From Candidatus Levybacteria bacterium RIFCSPHIGHO2_02_FULL_40_18 (GTDB lineage Bacteria; Patescibacteriota; Microgenomatia; Levybacterales; GWA1-39-11), in assembly GCA_001782235.1 (NCBI GenBank), contig MFOC01000002.1:42912-106911 (forward strand): a stretch of 64,000 nt of DNA, in the 5' to 3' direction. The notes under the pieces were generated by a model. That model saw nothing but the letters and a program-made list of their open reading frames with translations. It did no database searches and was not told where the DNA came from. Positions 17,968 to 26,936 of the stretch are shown here, piece after piece (the first letter of the stretch is position 1; each line of letters begins with the position of its first letter). The position numbers and the translations under genes are program-made.

Positions 17968-18888
17968 TTAACTGTTAGTTATCTTCTCTAAAATCCTCAA
18001 TTTCGCGCTTCTTGCTCTTCTATTTGCCTTTATTTCTTCCTCGCTTGGAACTATTGGCTTCTTGTTTGCTAAAATTGCCCTACCTTCTCTTGCTAATCTT
18101 GCAAAAAAGAGCTTTACAACCCTATCTTCAAGCGAATGGAAAGAGATTACAATCAATCTTCCATTTGGAGCAAGAATTTCAAAAGCGCCCGCAAGTCCCT
18201 CTTTCAAATTGTCAATTTCGCTATTTACCGCAATTCGCAAAGCTTGAAACACGCGAGTTGCCGGATGCAATCGAGTAACACCCCGAAGGTGTGTTCCGCT
18301 TGCTCTTGCAACTATTTCTGCAAGTTCCCGACTTGTTTCGATCGGCTTTATTGAACGCGCCCGAACAATACTATCGCAAAATGCGTAAGCATTCTTTTCT
18401 TCACCAAATTTACTAAAAATATTATAAAGTTCATCGCGACTTGCACTGTTTACTATATCTCTTGCTGTTAGCTTTGTTTCGATTGACATCCTCATATCAA
18501 GCGGCTCATCTCTTAAAAAGCTGAATCCTTTCCCCGACTTTTCCATCTGATAGCTCGAGAATCCCAGATCAAATAAAACTCCGTCCGCATTTACGAATCC
18601 TCTTTCCCGAGCTATCCTTTCGATGTCTTTGAAATTTCCTCGTGTTAAAACCAATTCCTGATTCTCGATTCCAGATTCTTGATTCTTCTTGATATACTCA
18701 ATGGCATCTTCGTCCTGGTCAATACCTAACACTTTTCCACCTCTTCGAATGATCTCAGCCGAATGTCCTCCGCCGCCAATTGTCGCATCTATATACTTAC
18801 CGTTCGGCCGAACATTTAGCGCGGAAACCGCTTCTTTTAAAAGAGCAGGGGTGTGAAAACCCCAATTTAATCGGGGAAAATTATTCAT
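17968..18888 (-). CDS. rsmH: 16S rRNA m4C1402 methyltransferase RsmH
   Basis: DATIGGGGHS, PLDMRM, FQALRIAVN, SFHSLEDR and RSAKLR motifs. Confidence 0.98.
   Translation of the reverse strand: MNNFPRLNWGFHTPALLKEAVSALNVRPNGKYIDATIGGGGHSAEIIRRGGKVLGIDQDEDAIEYIKKNQESGIENQELVLTRGNFKDIERIARERGFVNADGVLFDLGFSSYQMEKSGKGFSFLRDEPLDMRMSIETKLTARDIVNSASRDELYNIFSKFGEEKNAYAFCDSIVRARSIKPIETSRELAEIVARASGTHLRGVTRLHPATRVFQALRIAVNSEIDNLKEGLAGAFEILAPNGRLIVISFHSLEDRVVKLFFARLAREGRAILANKKPIVPSEEEIKANRRARSAKLRILEKITNS
18279..18291. repeat. CACC-N5-GGTG REP-like unit in rsmH
   Basis: CACCCCGAAGGTG (HLRGV). Confidence 0.5.
18654..18688. repeat. Heptamer tandem arm in frame in rsmH
   Basis: attcctg attctcg attccag attcttg attcttc (KNQESGIENQE). 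Confidence 0.8.
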
Positions 18889-19321
18889 TTTTCTCCCCCT
18901 TTTTGACTAATCGAGACGAAATCCGTTCTATATTCTTTTCAAGATTCCCCCGATATTCGCCCCAGCGTTTTTTATCCCAAATCTCAACGTAACGTGAAAG
19001 CCCTAGGAATACGATCTCGTCTTCAACCTTTGCAAATTCTCTAAGGTACGGAGGTAATACAAACCTTCCCTTGCTATCCAGCTCCACGGAAGCGGCGCCT
19101 CCAAGTAGGAACCTTTGTGTTTCGCGAGTTTCGTATTCAATAAAGGGGCGGCCGGCCGTACCTTCAAGTAAAGCCTGCCATTGAGTTTCTGAAACGACAA
19201 TAAGTGAGCTTTCATATCCAAGTGTAACTATAATATTGTTTCCGAGAATTTCTCTAAATTTCTTTGGAATTGCCGTTCTTCCTTTTTTATCAATCTTTGC
19301 CTCATACTGACCTATTAACAT
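18881..19321 (-). CDS. mraZ: Transcriptional regulator MraZ
   Basis: Two DxKGR motifs and VEIWD; GGAGGT RBS at 19330-19335. Confidence 0.97.
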   Translation of the reverse strand: MLIGQYEAKIDKKGRTAIPKKFREILGNNIIVTLGYESSLIVVSETQWQALLEGTAGRPFIEYETRETQRFLLGGAASVELDSKGRFVLPPYLREFAKVEDEIVFLGLSRYVEIWDKKRWGEYRGNLEKNIERISSRLVKKGEKNE

Positions 19322-19357
19322 GGTGTTTTACCTCCGGGGATCGAAGAACCTGCCAGT

Positions 19358-19409
19358 CCCACTTTTTCCCACTTTATACCATTTTGAACTACTTTTCACG
19401 GTATGTCAA
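19358..19409 (-). promoter_or_regulatory. MraZ-binding direct repeats overlapping the dcw promoter
   Basis: 10-bp periodic units AGTAGT/AATGGT/AGTGGG/AGTGGG on the minus strand, downstream of TTGACA (19404-19409). Confidence 0.75.
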
Positions 19410-19680
19410 TAGGTAAATGAACCAAAATAGTGTGGAAATACTCCTTTTTACGCTATATCTGGAAATCTTGCTGTTTTCATACAAAGTAGTAACATTAAGT
19501 AATCCAAATCGATTAGACACGAAGTGTACTTTTTCGAAGACAACTGAAAATCGCCCAGGAAAGATACTAATGTAAGAATAAAGATGAATATGCGATTTTC
19601 ATTTAGTGAGGGGTGGATAACTTTAACAGAGTAAAAACTTACCGAGCGGGTCTGAGAAAAACGTACACGAGCGGCTAGTG

Positions 19681-20166
19681 CTATTCTTCTTCAAGGAGGA
19701 TAGTATCTTCTACGGCGCCTATTTCGCCGTTTTCAAAATTGACTTTGATTACTACCTTAACATCGCTTACAACCTTATCGTATTTACATACGTTTGCAGA
19801 GCAGGTTCCCAAATCAACCTCAGCCTGGGCTATTCCTCCACGAATTGTTAACTCCCCAACCGCTCCCCTTGGAACCGTAGCCGATTCACCGTCCTCTGTG
19901 ACTTGCGCATCATATGTCAATTCGTATTCGAAGCTTTTAATACCTTCGACTTTGGTAGCCTTCACAATAACGGCTTTCCCATCTGAACGCAACGTCAGCT
20001 CAAGGCCAATATCCTCCGGTGACATTTGTTTTACGTTTTGCTGTTCCTCACCTTTTGGAGTAAGAGTTTGACTTTGAAATTGATTCCAGACAAAAAATCC
20101 GCCAATTCCCAAAACAACAACTACAATCAAACCAACAATCAAAGCATTTTTCTTAATAAATTCCAT
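19681..20166 (-). CDS. Hypothetical membrane-anchored exported protein
   Basis: N-terminal TM; YELTY and LGTCSANVCKYD two-Cys motif. Confidence 0.8.
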   Translation of the reverse strand: MEFIKKNALIVGLIVVVVLGIGGFFVWNQFQSQTLTPKGEEQQNVKQMSPEDIGLELTLRSDGKAVIVKATKVEGIKSFEYELTYDAQVTEDGESATVPRGAVGELTIRGGIAQAEVDLGTCSANVCKYDKVVSDVKVVIKVNFENGEIGAVEDTILLEEE

Positions 20167-20209
20167 ATTTATTTATATACAGAAACAAGAATTGTAGTCA
20201 AGCGGAAGG

Positions 20210-20563
20210 CTATGTAAGTTCTCGAACCTCAACGATTTCTCCAGGAGAAGCTTCTCGACCATTCCCACTTGGATGGACAACCACACTTGGAACTTCAGAC
20301 TGCACAGCACTACCATTCCGCCACCACGGATAATCTATACTCCTAATGTAGGATCTGTAACCTAAAATTTGCTTGCTTCTTTTCTTCGGATCTTCTGATA
20401 GTTCAAGTTCGGAAGCGAGTTGTTCCCTTTCCGCTTCTGTTTTTACCACAAGTTTATCACTCATTGCAAAAGTAATTTTGGGATCACGATGATTCCTTAG
20501 GAGAAAATCTGCTTTTATGAGTGCCGGAATGCGGGGGTCAATCTCTCTACGAAACGGCATCAA
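20210..20563 (-). CDS. Hypothetical protein
   Basis: 117 aa ORF with an upstream TTGACA. Confidence 0.55.
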   Translation of the reverse strand: MMPFRREIDPRIPALIKADFLLRNHRDPKITFAMSDKLVVKTEAEREQLASELELSEDPKKRSKQILGYRSYIRSIDYPWWRNGSAVQSEVPSVVVHPSGNGREASPGEIVEVRELT

Positions 20564-20611
20564 TTTCTAGTTTGCAGAGAATTTTTAAAATTGTCAATAG
20601 AACAAAGTATA

Positions 20612-21973
20612 TCAAACAAGCTTTTCGATGAGATATTTTTTTAGATTTTCTATTTTAATTCTTTCTTGTGTTGCAGAATCTCGATCCCTGACCGTAACCG
20701 TATCGTTTTCAAGCGATTCGAAATCAACTGTGATGCAAAACGGGGTTCCAATCTCATCTTGTGCAAAATACCTTTTACCGATATTTCCCCTTTCATCCCA
20801 GGCAATGAGTAGATCCGATCGGAGCGAATCATATATCGAACGAGCTTTCGAAACCAGCTCCGGTTTGTTTGCAAGGAGCGGAAATACTGCAGCCTTATAT
20901 GGTGCAAGTTTTGGATTTAATTTAAGTACAATTCGATCACCATCTTCAGAATAGGAATCGAACAATACGATCCCGACCAAACGAGATAAGCCAAAAGTCG
21001 GTTCTATAACGTGAGGAACGAATTTTTCTCCTGTGTCGGGGTCGGTGTAAGATAAGTCTTTGCCCGTGTGTCTGGCATGATTCGATAAATCAAAATCGGT
21101 ACGGTATGCAATCCCAAACATTTCTTTCCACCCAAACGGATATTTATATTCAATGTCCATGGTTTTTTTGGAGTAATGCGATCGCTCATGCTCTTCATGC
21201 TCGCGCCAGCGAAGATTTTCTTTTCGAATCCCCAATTCTTGTGTCCAATTCCACATCTCATTTTTAAAGTACTCGAATTTCTCCTCCCAATCTTTTGAAT
21301 TGAGGAAATACTCAAACTCCATTAAGTCGAACTCCAAAGTCCTATGAACAAACTGTCCTAATGTGATCTCATTGCGAAAAGCTTTTCCAACTTGAGCGAT
21401 ACCGAATGGTATACGAACGCGGGTTGTATCAAGCACATTTTTAAAATTGATAAAAATACCCTGCGCAATCTCACCCCGCAAATAAACTTTTTGTTTCCCT
21501 TCTTCGATTATTCCGACAGATGTTTCGAACAATAAATTGAAGCGACGGACCTGCGTCCAGTCGTGTTTGCCGCACTTTGGACATTTAATTTGTTTTTCGC
21601 GAACAATTTTCGTCAATTCTTCAACCGGCAAGCCTTCGACTTTAATGTCGGGAACATTATCTTCGATCAAATGATCAGCGCGAGTTCGATAGTGACAGCT
21701 CCGGCAATCAATAAGCGCATCTGTAAAACTTGCAACATGGCCTGATGCTTCCCAAATTTTTGGCGAAAGAAAAATCGATGCATCAAGGCCCACCATGTCA
21801 TCGCGTGACAAGACGAATTTATTCCACCAAAGATCTCTAATGTTATTCTTAAGAAGCGTACCCATAGGACCGAAATCCCACGTATTTGCTAAGCCTCCGT
21901 AGATCTCGGAAGAAGGATAAACAAACCCCCGTCTCTTTGCCAAAGCAACAACCTTATCGACTAAATTTCCCAT
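20612..21973 (-). CDS. glyQS: Glycine-tRNA ligase, alpha2 (eukaryote/archaea-like) type
   Basis: KRRGFVYPSSEIYGG, GKAFRNEIT, PHVIEP and DEIGTPFCITVD motifs. Confidence 0.97.
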   Translation of the reverse strand: MGNLVDKVVALAKRRGFVYPSSEIYGGLANTWDFGPMGTLLKNNIRDLWWNKFVLSRDDMVGLDASIFLSPKIWEASGHVASFTDALIDCRSCHYRTRADHLIEDNVPDIKVEGLPVEELTKIVREKQIKCPKCGKHDWTQVRRFNLLFETSVGIIEEGKQKVYLRGEIAQGIFINFKNVLDTTRVRIPFGIAQVGKAFRNEITLGQFVHRTLEFDLMEFEYFLNSKDWEEKFEYFKNEMWNWTQELGIRKENLRWREHEEHERSHYSKKTMDIEYKYPFGWKEMFGIAYRTDFDLSNHARHTGKDLSYTDPDTGEKFVPHVIEPTFGLSRLVGIVLFDSYSEDGDRIVLKLNPKLAPYKAAVFPLLANKPELVSKARSIYDSLRSDLLIAWDERGNIGKRYFAQDEIGTPFCITVDFESLENDTVTVRDRDSATQERIKIENLKKYLIEKLV

Positions 21974-22039
21974 GAAATCATTATATCAAAGCAGGTTTTT
22001 ATTCTGTAGTAGCACTATCAAATTTCGGAGCATCTGCCT

Positions 22040-23164
22040 CTATTCCCTTTTTGGCTGGAATTGCAGAGAGGGACTGAAGAGGAGGGATTTTGCTTCGTGC
22101 GCTGAGGCTGTAATGATGCTTCTTAGAGAGCGAACAAGCTCCCTGTCTAGGGCTGTTTTGGCATATTCGCCTTTATCGTTTTCGGGAAATTTGACATATC
22201 CTCTTGCCTTAAAGGCTTTTTGAATATTCCTTTTTAACGTATGCCAAATTTCCGCAAGCTCTTCATCTGTTGATTCTGTACTTACCAGTAAGCATGCGCC
22301 CAAAAGCTGAATCTCCTTCATTAGCCTATAAACACTTGCGTCTCTAGCCTCAAGATCCTTGATCTCAAACCTCCCGCCTTGCCCAAAGCCTTTTTCCGTA
22401 AATTCTGCACTTTTTTTGGTCCATAACGGCTGTCCGGATTTGCTCGTGAATCTTAGTGGGGATGTAAACGCAAGAGCAAAAACCATATTAAAAATTTCGA
22501 ATTTTTTATCGCTTCGCAGCTTATTAGAAGAAGGATTAATCGCAGTCTTTGGCAGTCCTATATTAATATGTAATGAAACAAGTTTATCGTCTAAATGTGC
22601 TCTAATATCTTCAGGCGCAGAGCTATCATGAAGACTTGGAATAAACCCACCGGCAATAAGCTGATTTAAAATATAGACTTGAACATCTGATGAAAAAGAC
22701 GGCGGAGGAGAGAATTCCCACATAGAGATAGATGAAGCTCTGTTTTTTGGAAAACCCATATTTTTAAAAAGCTCTTCATACTTTTCAAAATTAATTACAT
22801 TCTTGCTTCCTAATATGTAGGGTTTTCTCGGGGACTCGACCTCAAATCCTATTGTCGGAAGGTGAGGAATGCCTAGGGCGAGGGCTTCGGTTTTGGCCAA
22901 TTTCATTATTTGATGCTCAACTTGGTTACCATAATCATAATTTTCAGGGAAATTTCTTGACGCAATTGAATAATTATAATATCCAAGCGCTATAGCGATT
23001 CTTAAAGCGCTAAATCTATTTTGGGGAAATTGTTCGCTCACAAACTCATCGGCCCATCCTCTTGAAGTCATAGCTGCCTCGAAATCGAAAACAGGATTCT
23101 TCAAAATATGAACGCTCGCGTCCTTTGTCACCGGAATAGGCGTTAAAACTTCCTTGAGTTTCAT
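22040..23164 (-). CDS. Hypothetical protein, possible glutamine-synthetase/amidoligase (COOH-NH2 ligase) fold
   Basis: TIGFEVE, WEFSPPP, SLHINIG and GRFEIK in the expected order. Confidence 0.5.
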   Translation of the reverse strand: MKLKEVLTPIPVTKDASVHILKNPVFDFEAAMTSRGWADEFVSEQFPQNRFSALRIAIALGYYNYSIASRNFPENYDYGNQVEHQIMKLAKTEALALGIPHLPTIGFEVESPRKPYILGSKNVINFEKYEELFKNMGFPKNRASSISMWEFSPPPSFSSDVQVYILNQLIAGGFIPSLHDSSAPEDIRAHLDDKLVSLHINIGLPKTAINPSSNKLRSDKKFEIFNMVFALAFTSPLRFTSKSGQPLWTKKSAEFTEKGFGQGGRFEIKDLEARDASVYRLMKEIQLLGACLLVSTESTDEELAEIWHTLKRNIQKAFKARGYVKFPENDKGEYAKTALDRELVRSLRSIITASAHEAKSLLFSPSLQFQPKRE

Positions 23165-23199
23165 GGCGAAATTATACTGCTTTTTGGGGGAATTTCCAA

Positions 23200-23418
23200 T
23201 TATATTTTGAAGAATTCGAGGAGATTATAGATTAGAAGAGCGGGCCAGAGTATTGCTTTTATAACACCCAACACTCCTTCCCAGAAGCTTGCTGCATGCT
23301 GGATATAATAGACGAGGGCGCCTATAAAACCCAACCCATAAACGGCGCCCGAAGGTCCGCCGCCGCCTCTTATTATCTTAACGTGTTTACTTTCCGCTCG
23401 ATTATTTTCCTTTGCCAT
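23200..23418 (-). CDS. Small membrane protein
   Basis: 72 aa; YGLGFIGALVYYIQ and KAILWP hydrophobic segments. Confidence 0.75.
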   Translation of the reverse strand: MAKENNRAESKHVKIIRGGGGPSGAVYGLGFIGALVYYIQHAASFWEGVLGVIKAILWPALLIYNLLEFFKI

Positions 23419-23421
23419 TGG

Positions 23422-23952
23422 CTACGATTCGAAAATATGTCGGCTCCTGAGTTTTCGTTCAATTATTTGCTCCGTGTATTGGGCAAGGTGATCCTCGTTT
23501 TTAAATGCATAATTTGGATTCCAGAATCCAAGAAGCGTCAGAAGTTTTGCCTGAAAGTAAAGGATATTTTTCTTGTTATCGACCATCCTGTGCGAAGCAC
23601 GCTCGATCAGATCAAAAACGTCAGGATGGCGCTGTTCGCGGGGCAGCACTGCATCGATAAGCTCGCACATTAGAAAAACTTTTTTGATATGTTGGATCTC
23701 CTTCTTAAGCTCTTCAAAAGAATCGATAAGTCTAACCTCTGTTAAAACATAGTTTTTGTGAGAACGGACGGATTGAAATTCGATTAAGTTAAGAGGTTCG
23801 ACTGATGAAGCACGCCGTGAGGTAATTTTACGAACACCTTTTGCTACTACATCTATCTTGCCATGGTTTTTGGTGAAGATAGTTATATAGCGATCCGACT
23901 CGCCAAAATTGACACGTTTGAGTATAAAGCCGCGATCCTTCAAGTAATGCAT
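23422..23952 (-). CDS. recO: DNA repair protein RecO
   Basis: GESDRYITIFTKNHGKI..AKGVRK OB-fold motif; start taken at MHYLK because the longer ORF begins inside a repeat. Confidence 0.9.
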   Translation of the reverse strand: MHYLKDRGFILKRVNFGESDRYITIFTKNHGKIDVVAKGVRKITSRRASSVEPLNLIEFQSVRSHKNYVLTEVRLIDSFEELKKEIQHIKKVFLMCELIDAVLPREQRHPDVFDLIERASHRMVDNKKNILYFQAKLLTLLGFWNPNYAFKNEDHLAQYTEQIIERKLRSRHIFES

Positions 23953-23955
23953 TTT

Positions 23956-24026
23956 GTCATCCCGCACTTGATGCGGGATCCAGAACGTTTATTTTTAGTC
24001 TTAGTCCCGGATCATGGTCCGGGACT
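23956..24026. repeat. REP/BIME-like doublet of palindromes
   Basis: ATCCCGCA-cttga-TGCGGGAT (23959-23979) and AGTCCCGGA-tcatgg-TCCGGGACT (24003-24026). Confidence 0.8.
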
Positions 24027-24032
24027 TGAAGG

Positions 24033-26015
24033 TTACACCTTCAAGTTTAGTATCTTATCTCCTCTTAAGTCAAGTTTCTCAACTCTCTTGCCGTTGACAT
24101 AAACTTCTGTAGGCAGTACTTCAACCCCAGGCTGTTTTTGAATAAGCACAGGAAGATTGCTACCTTCTATTTTAAAGGGTAATTTATAAGTATAAGTGAT
24201 TGTTGCTTTTCCAAGAGGATTGACAGTGAAGAATCCTTCAAAATAGGTCTTCCCAAGATCTTCTTTTGTTTCAACCTTAACCTGTGAACCCTTGCTTGAA
24301 ACAAGTGTTGATCCGCGAGGAACATAAACCCTCTGGACATCGCGGTGAATGGCATTAAGACAAAGTCCTCCGCGTTCAAGATTACAGTCCGAGTGCTTTT
24401 CAGGATTTCTATAATCAATGGTTATCGTCTTTTCAATACTACCGTCGCTTCCCACTTTATAATCAATCCTTAAGTTCTGCTTAATAAACATGTTGGTTTT
24501 TGCGCCTGAAAAATTAATATCATTTATATGTAGATAATCTCCGTCAAATGCCTTTATGTTCCCAGCCCACCCCAAAGCCGCAAGTCCTTTTTGCGCATCC
24601 GGATTATTTACACTAAAAAGTATATGTTTTTCGTTTGCATCAATTACTGCTTGTTGGATTAGAGACCCCCAATATTTTCCCGGAGATACTCCCAGAGCTT
24701 TCTGCATTGTGGCATATAGAAGGCTTGCTATTATTCCTTTCCTATCCTCTCTTATGTACCCGACCGGAGTTGTTGTAATAGACTGTAATTCATAAACAAC
24801 CTGAGGACAATTACATCGCGGATCATTCTCCGCCTTAAAGAATGCATTGCCTACTTGTACTTCGCCCAATATGCCTATTACATGAACCAAGAAGTCTGTA
24901 TCAATTGCAATTATCCCGTCAATCTCGGTCGCACTACGAGAATCCTCATAAAATTCACGAAACGTTTCCATTGATTTTTGAAAATCGGGCGAAAGGTTGC
25001 TATCTCTTATATAAAATCTGGTGACTTTGGGGAAATATTTACGAATTAGCTCGGGGGCTTGAGGATGCGAACGAATAGAGTCGTCCAACCTATAGATATC
25101 ATTTGATGAATCAATATGAATTACGCCTTCCTCAATTCTGAAGATGGAATAATATGTTAAGAATCCGCCTGTTGCACGCAGTTCTCCGTCATTCTGAAAC
25201 AATATAAGGTATTTTTTAGATTTTGTATCGCCTAAAAGCTCCGGCAGTACTTTTATGAGAGGCTTCCCTTGTTCAACGGCAACAACCCCTTCGTCAACAA
25301 GAGTCTTTGCAGAGGCAATTTGATTATGAATTTTTTTGAGCGGGCCAAGGACCGGGTACCGCGCTGGATTGACGTGATCTATTTCCTCTTTTGCCAGTTT
25401 GGCCTTAACTTCAATATCGTCAATTTTAGAAACAACCTTCCCAAGGGATCTGACGGCAGTCCTAATTCGATCCTCAGCTGAACCTCCGGCAAACGTCCCC
25501 TTTCCTTTAAGCCCCAAGACGTCCGCATATGGAATAAGAGAGTCCGCCGTAATAATTGCCGCATCAATCCCGTGAATTCCGGCATTCACCATATGCTCCG
25601 CATCTGAAACATAAAGCCCTGCAAGCGGAATATATTTTGCAAAACCAATTGATGAGAGTTCTTGTTTCAAACCCTCTGCTGCCTTACGGGTTTTAACAAG
25701 TTCTTCCTTGGCTAGTACTATATTCTGATTCTTTGCAGCATCCGATGCTTTTTTTGCCTGATCATAAACCTTATCGGCCTTCTGGTATACGGCAAATGCA
25801 CGAAACGACACATAGAACATTAAGATCCCAAATATAATTAAGATCACGCCTATGATCCCTAATCTTTTTATGTTAAAAAAGTTAGAAAAGTTTATTTTTA
25901 TAGGAACTTTTGGCCTCAAGAGGGTCTTAGATTTTGTAGATAGGGGAGCTTCGCTTGAAGTAGAGTCTTTTTTCAAAACTGAATCAAATTCAATTTTTTT
26001 AAATCCTTCATCCAT
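24033..26015 (-). CDS. DUF4012-like membrane-anchored protein
   Basis: YLILFQNDGELRATGGF, RDSNLSPDF, IDGIIAID and RVYVP motifs; start at MDEGF with TATAAT 6 nt upstream. Confidence 0.8.
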   Translation of the reverse strand: MDEGFKKIEFDSVLKKDSTSSEAPLSTKSKTLLRPKVPIKINFSNFFNIKRLGIIGVILIIFGILMFYVSFRAFAVYQKADKVYDQAKKASDAAKNQNIVLAKEELVKTRKAAEGLKQELSSIGFAKYIPLAGLYVSDAEHMVNAGIHGIDAAIITADSLIPYADVLGLKGKGTFAGGSAEDRIRTAVRSLGKVVSKIDDIEVKAKLAKEEIDHVNPARYPVLGPLKKIHNQIASAKTLVDEGVVAVEQGKPLIKVLPELLGDTKSKKYLILFQNDGELRATGGFLTYYSIFRIEEGVIHIDSSNDIYRLDDSIRSHPQAPELIRKYFPKVTRFYIRDSNLSPDFQKSMETFREFYEDSRSATEIDGIIAIDTDFLVHVIGILGEVQVGNAFFKAENDPRCNCPQVVYELQSITTTPVGYIREDRKGIIASLLYATMQKALGVSPGKYWGSLIQQAVIDANEKHILFSVNNPDAQKGLAALGWAGNIKAFDGDYLHINDINFSGAKTNMFIKQNLRIDYKVGSDGSIEKTITIDYRNPEKHSDCNLERGGLCLNAIHRDVQRVYVPRGSTLVSSKGSQVKVETKEDLGKTYFEGFFTVNPLGKATITYTYKLPFKIEGSNLPVLIQKQPGVEVLPTEVYVNGKRVEKLDLRGDKILNLKV

Positions 26016-26084
26016 AAAAATATTATAAAATTTGGGCCAACTATTTATTTTAAACAAAATTTTAGGATAAATGCAAACCTAATC

Positions 26085-26160
26085 CAACATGTAACACGTG
26101 GCATTTAACATGTGACGAAAGCAATTCTGTCAATTGTCAGTTGTCAAATGTTAATTGTTG
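26085..26160. repeat. Tandem-heptamer hairpin (TRACA-type arms)
   Basis: caacatg taacacg tggcatt taacatg tgac / tgtcaat tgtcagt tgtcaaa tgttaat tgttg. Confidence 0.8.
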
Positions 26161-26178
26161 TGATTTTGCGCAGAAAAA

Positions 26179-26817
26179 TCACATGGCGCCTTTGCCTGAA
26201 AGCATTGCAAATGGAGTTTGGATGATTATCCACAAATCATAGAGAATAGACCTCTTTGAGGCATAGCTTGCATCAAGCTGTATTCTTTTATCAAAATTAA
26301 TTTCAGATCGGCCGGTTACCTGCCAAACTCCTGTTATCCCAGGCTTTACCGACAGCACGATTTTTACAGACTCGCGTGTGCTGGGGTATTCTTTTTGCTG
26401 GTCGCGCAGTTCATCAGGATAATAAGCTCGAGGACCCACAATGCTCATCTCGCCGCGCAAAACGTTTATAAACTGCGGAATTTCATCTATTGAATATTTT
26501 CTAATTATCCTGCCTATGTTTGTGATTCTTGGATCTTCTTTTAATTTATATCCTCCTTTCTTATATTCCTCGTGGAGCTTCTTGAATTCAGGATCGTTTA
26601 AAAGAATTTCGTGCGCGTTCTGAACCATGGATCTAAATTTATACATTCTAAACAATCTGCCGTATCTACCTACTCTTTGCGGGGTATCTGCAAATATTGG
26701 CCCTAGAGAGTCAAGTTTTATTGCGATGGCGGCAATTATTATTACAGGCAAAAAAATAATTATAAGAACAATTGAAAGGATTGTATCAAGAAGTCTCTTA
26801 AAAAAATCGTACACCAT
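26179..26817 (-). CDS. Priming sugar-phosphate transferase (Bac_transf family)
   Basis: KFRSM, DPRIT, SIDEIPQ, GEMSIVGPR and KPGITG motifs. Confidence 0.95.
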   Translation of the reverse strand: MVYDFFKRLLDTILSIVLIIIFLPVIIIAAIAIKLDSLGPIFADTPQRVGRYGRLFRMYKFRSMVQNAHEILLNDPEFKKLHEEYKKGGYKLKEDPRITNIGRIIRKYSIDEIPQFINVLRGEMSIVGPRAYYPDELRDQQKEYPSTRESVKIVLSVKPGITGVWQVTGRSEINFDKRIQLDASYASKRSILYDLWIIIQTPFAMLSGKGAM

Positions 26818-26828
26818 AAAATATCGTA

Positions 26829-26936
26829 TAACGTTTGTCGGTAACGAAGCCCGTATCGGTTAAGTTCTACGTTAAACGTGACCAAACTACGAAACGGGCA
26901 TCGTAACCGTAACCGATAACCGAACTTGTTACGTTA
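26829..26936. repeat. Long imperfect hairpin containing TAACCG repeats
   Basis: Nested pairs TAACGT/ACGTTA, CGGTAACGA/TCGTAACCG and GCCCGT/ACGGGC. Confidence 0.7.

Noticed and set aside
19410-19680. Replication origin or ncRNA in the gap upstream of mraZ
   Set aside because: Only one near-consensus DnaA box (GGTGGATAA, 19612-19620) and no recognisable RNA structure; insufficient support.
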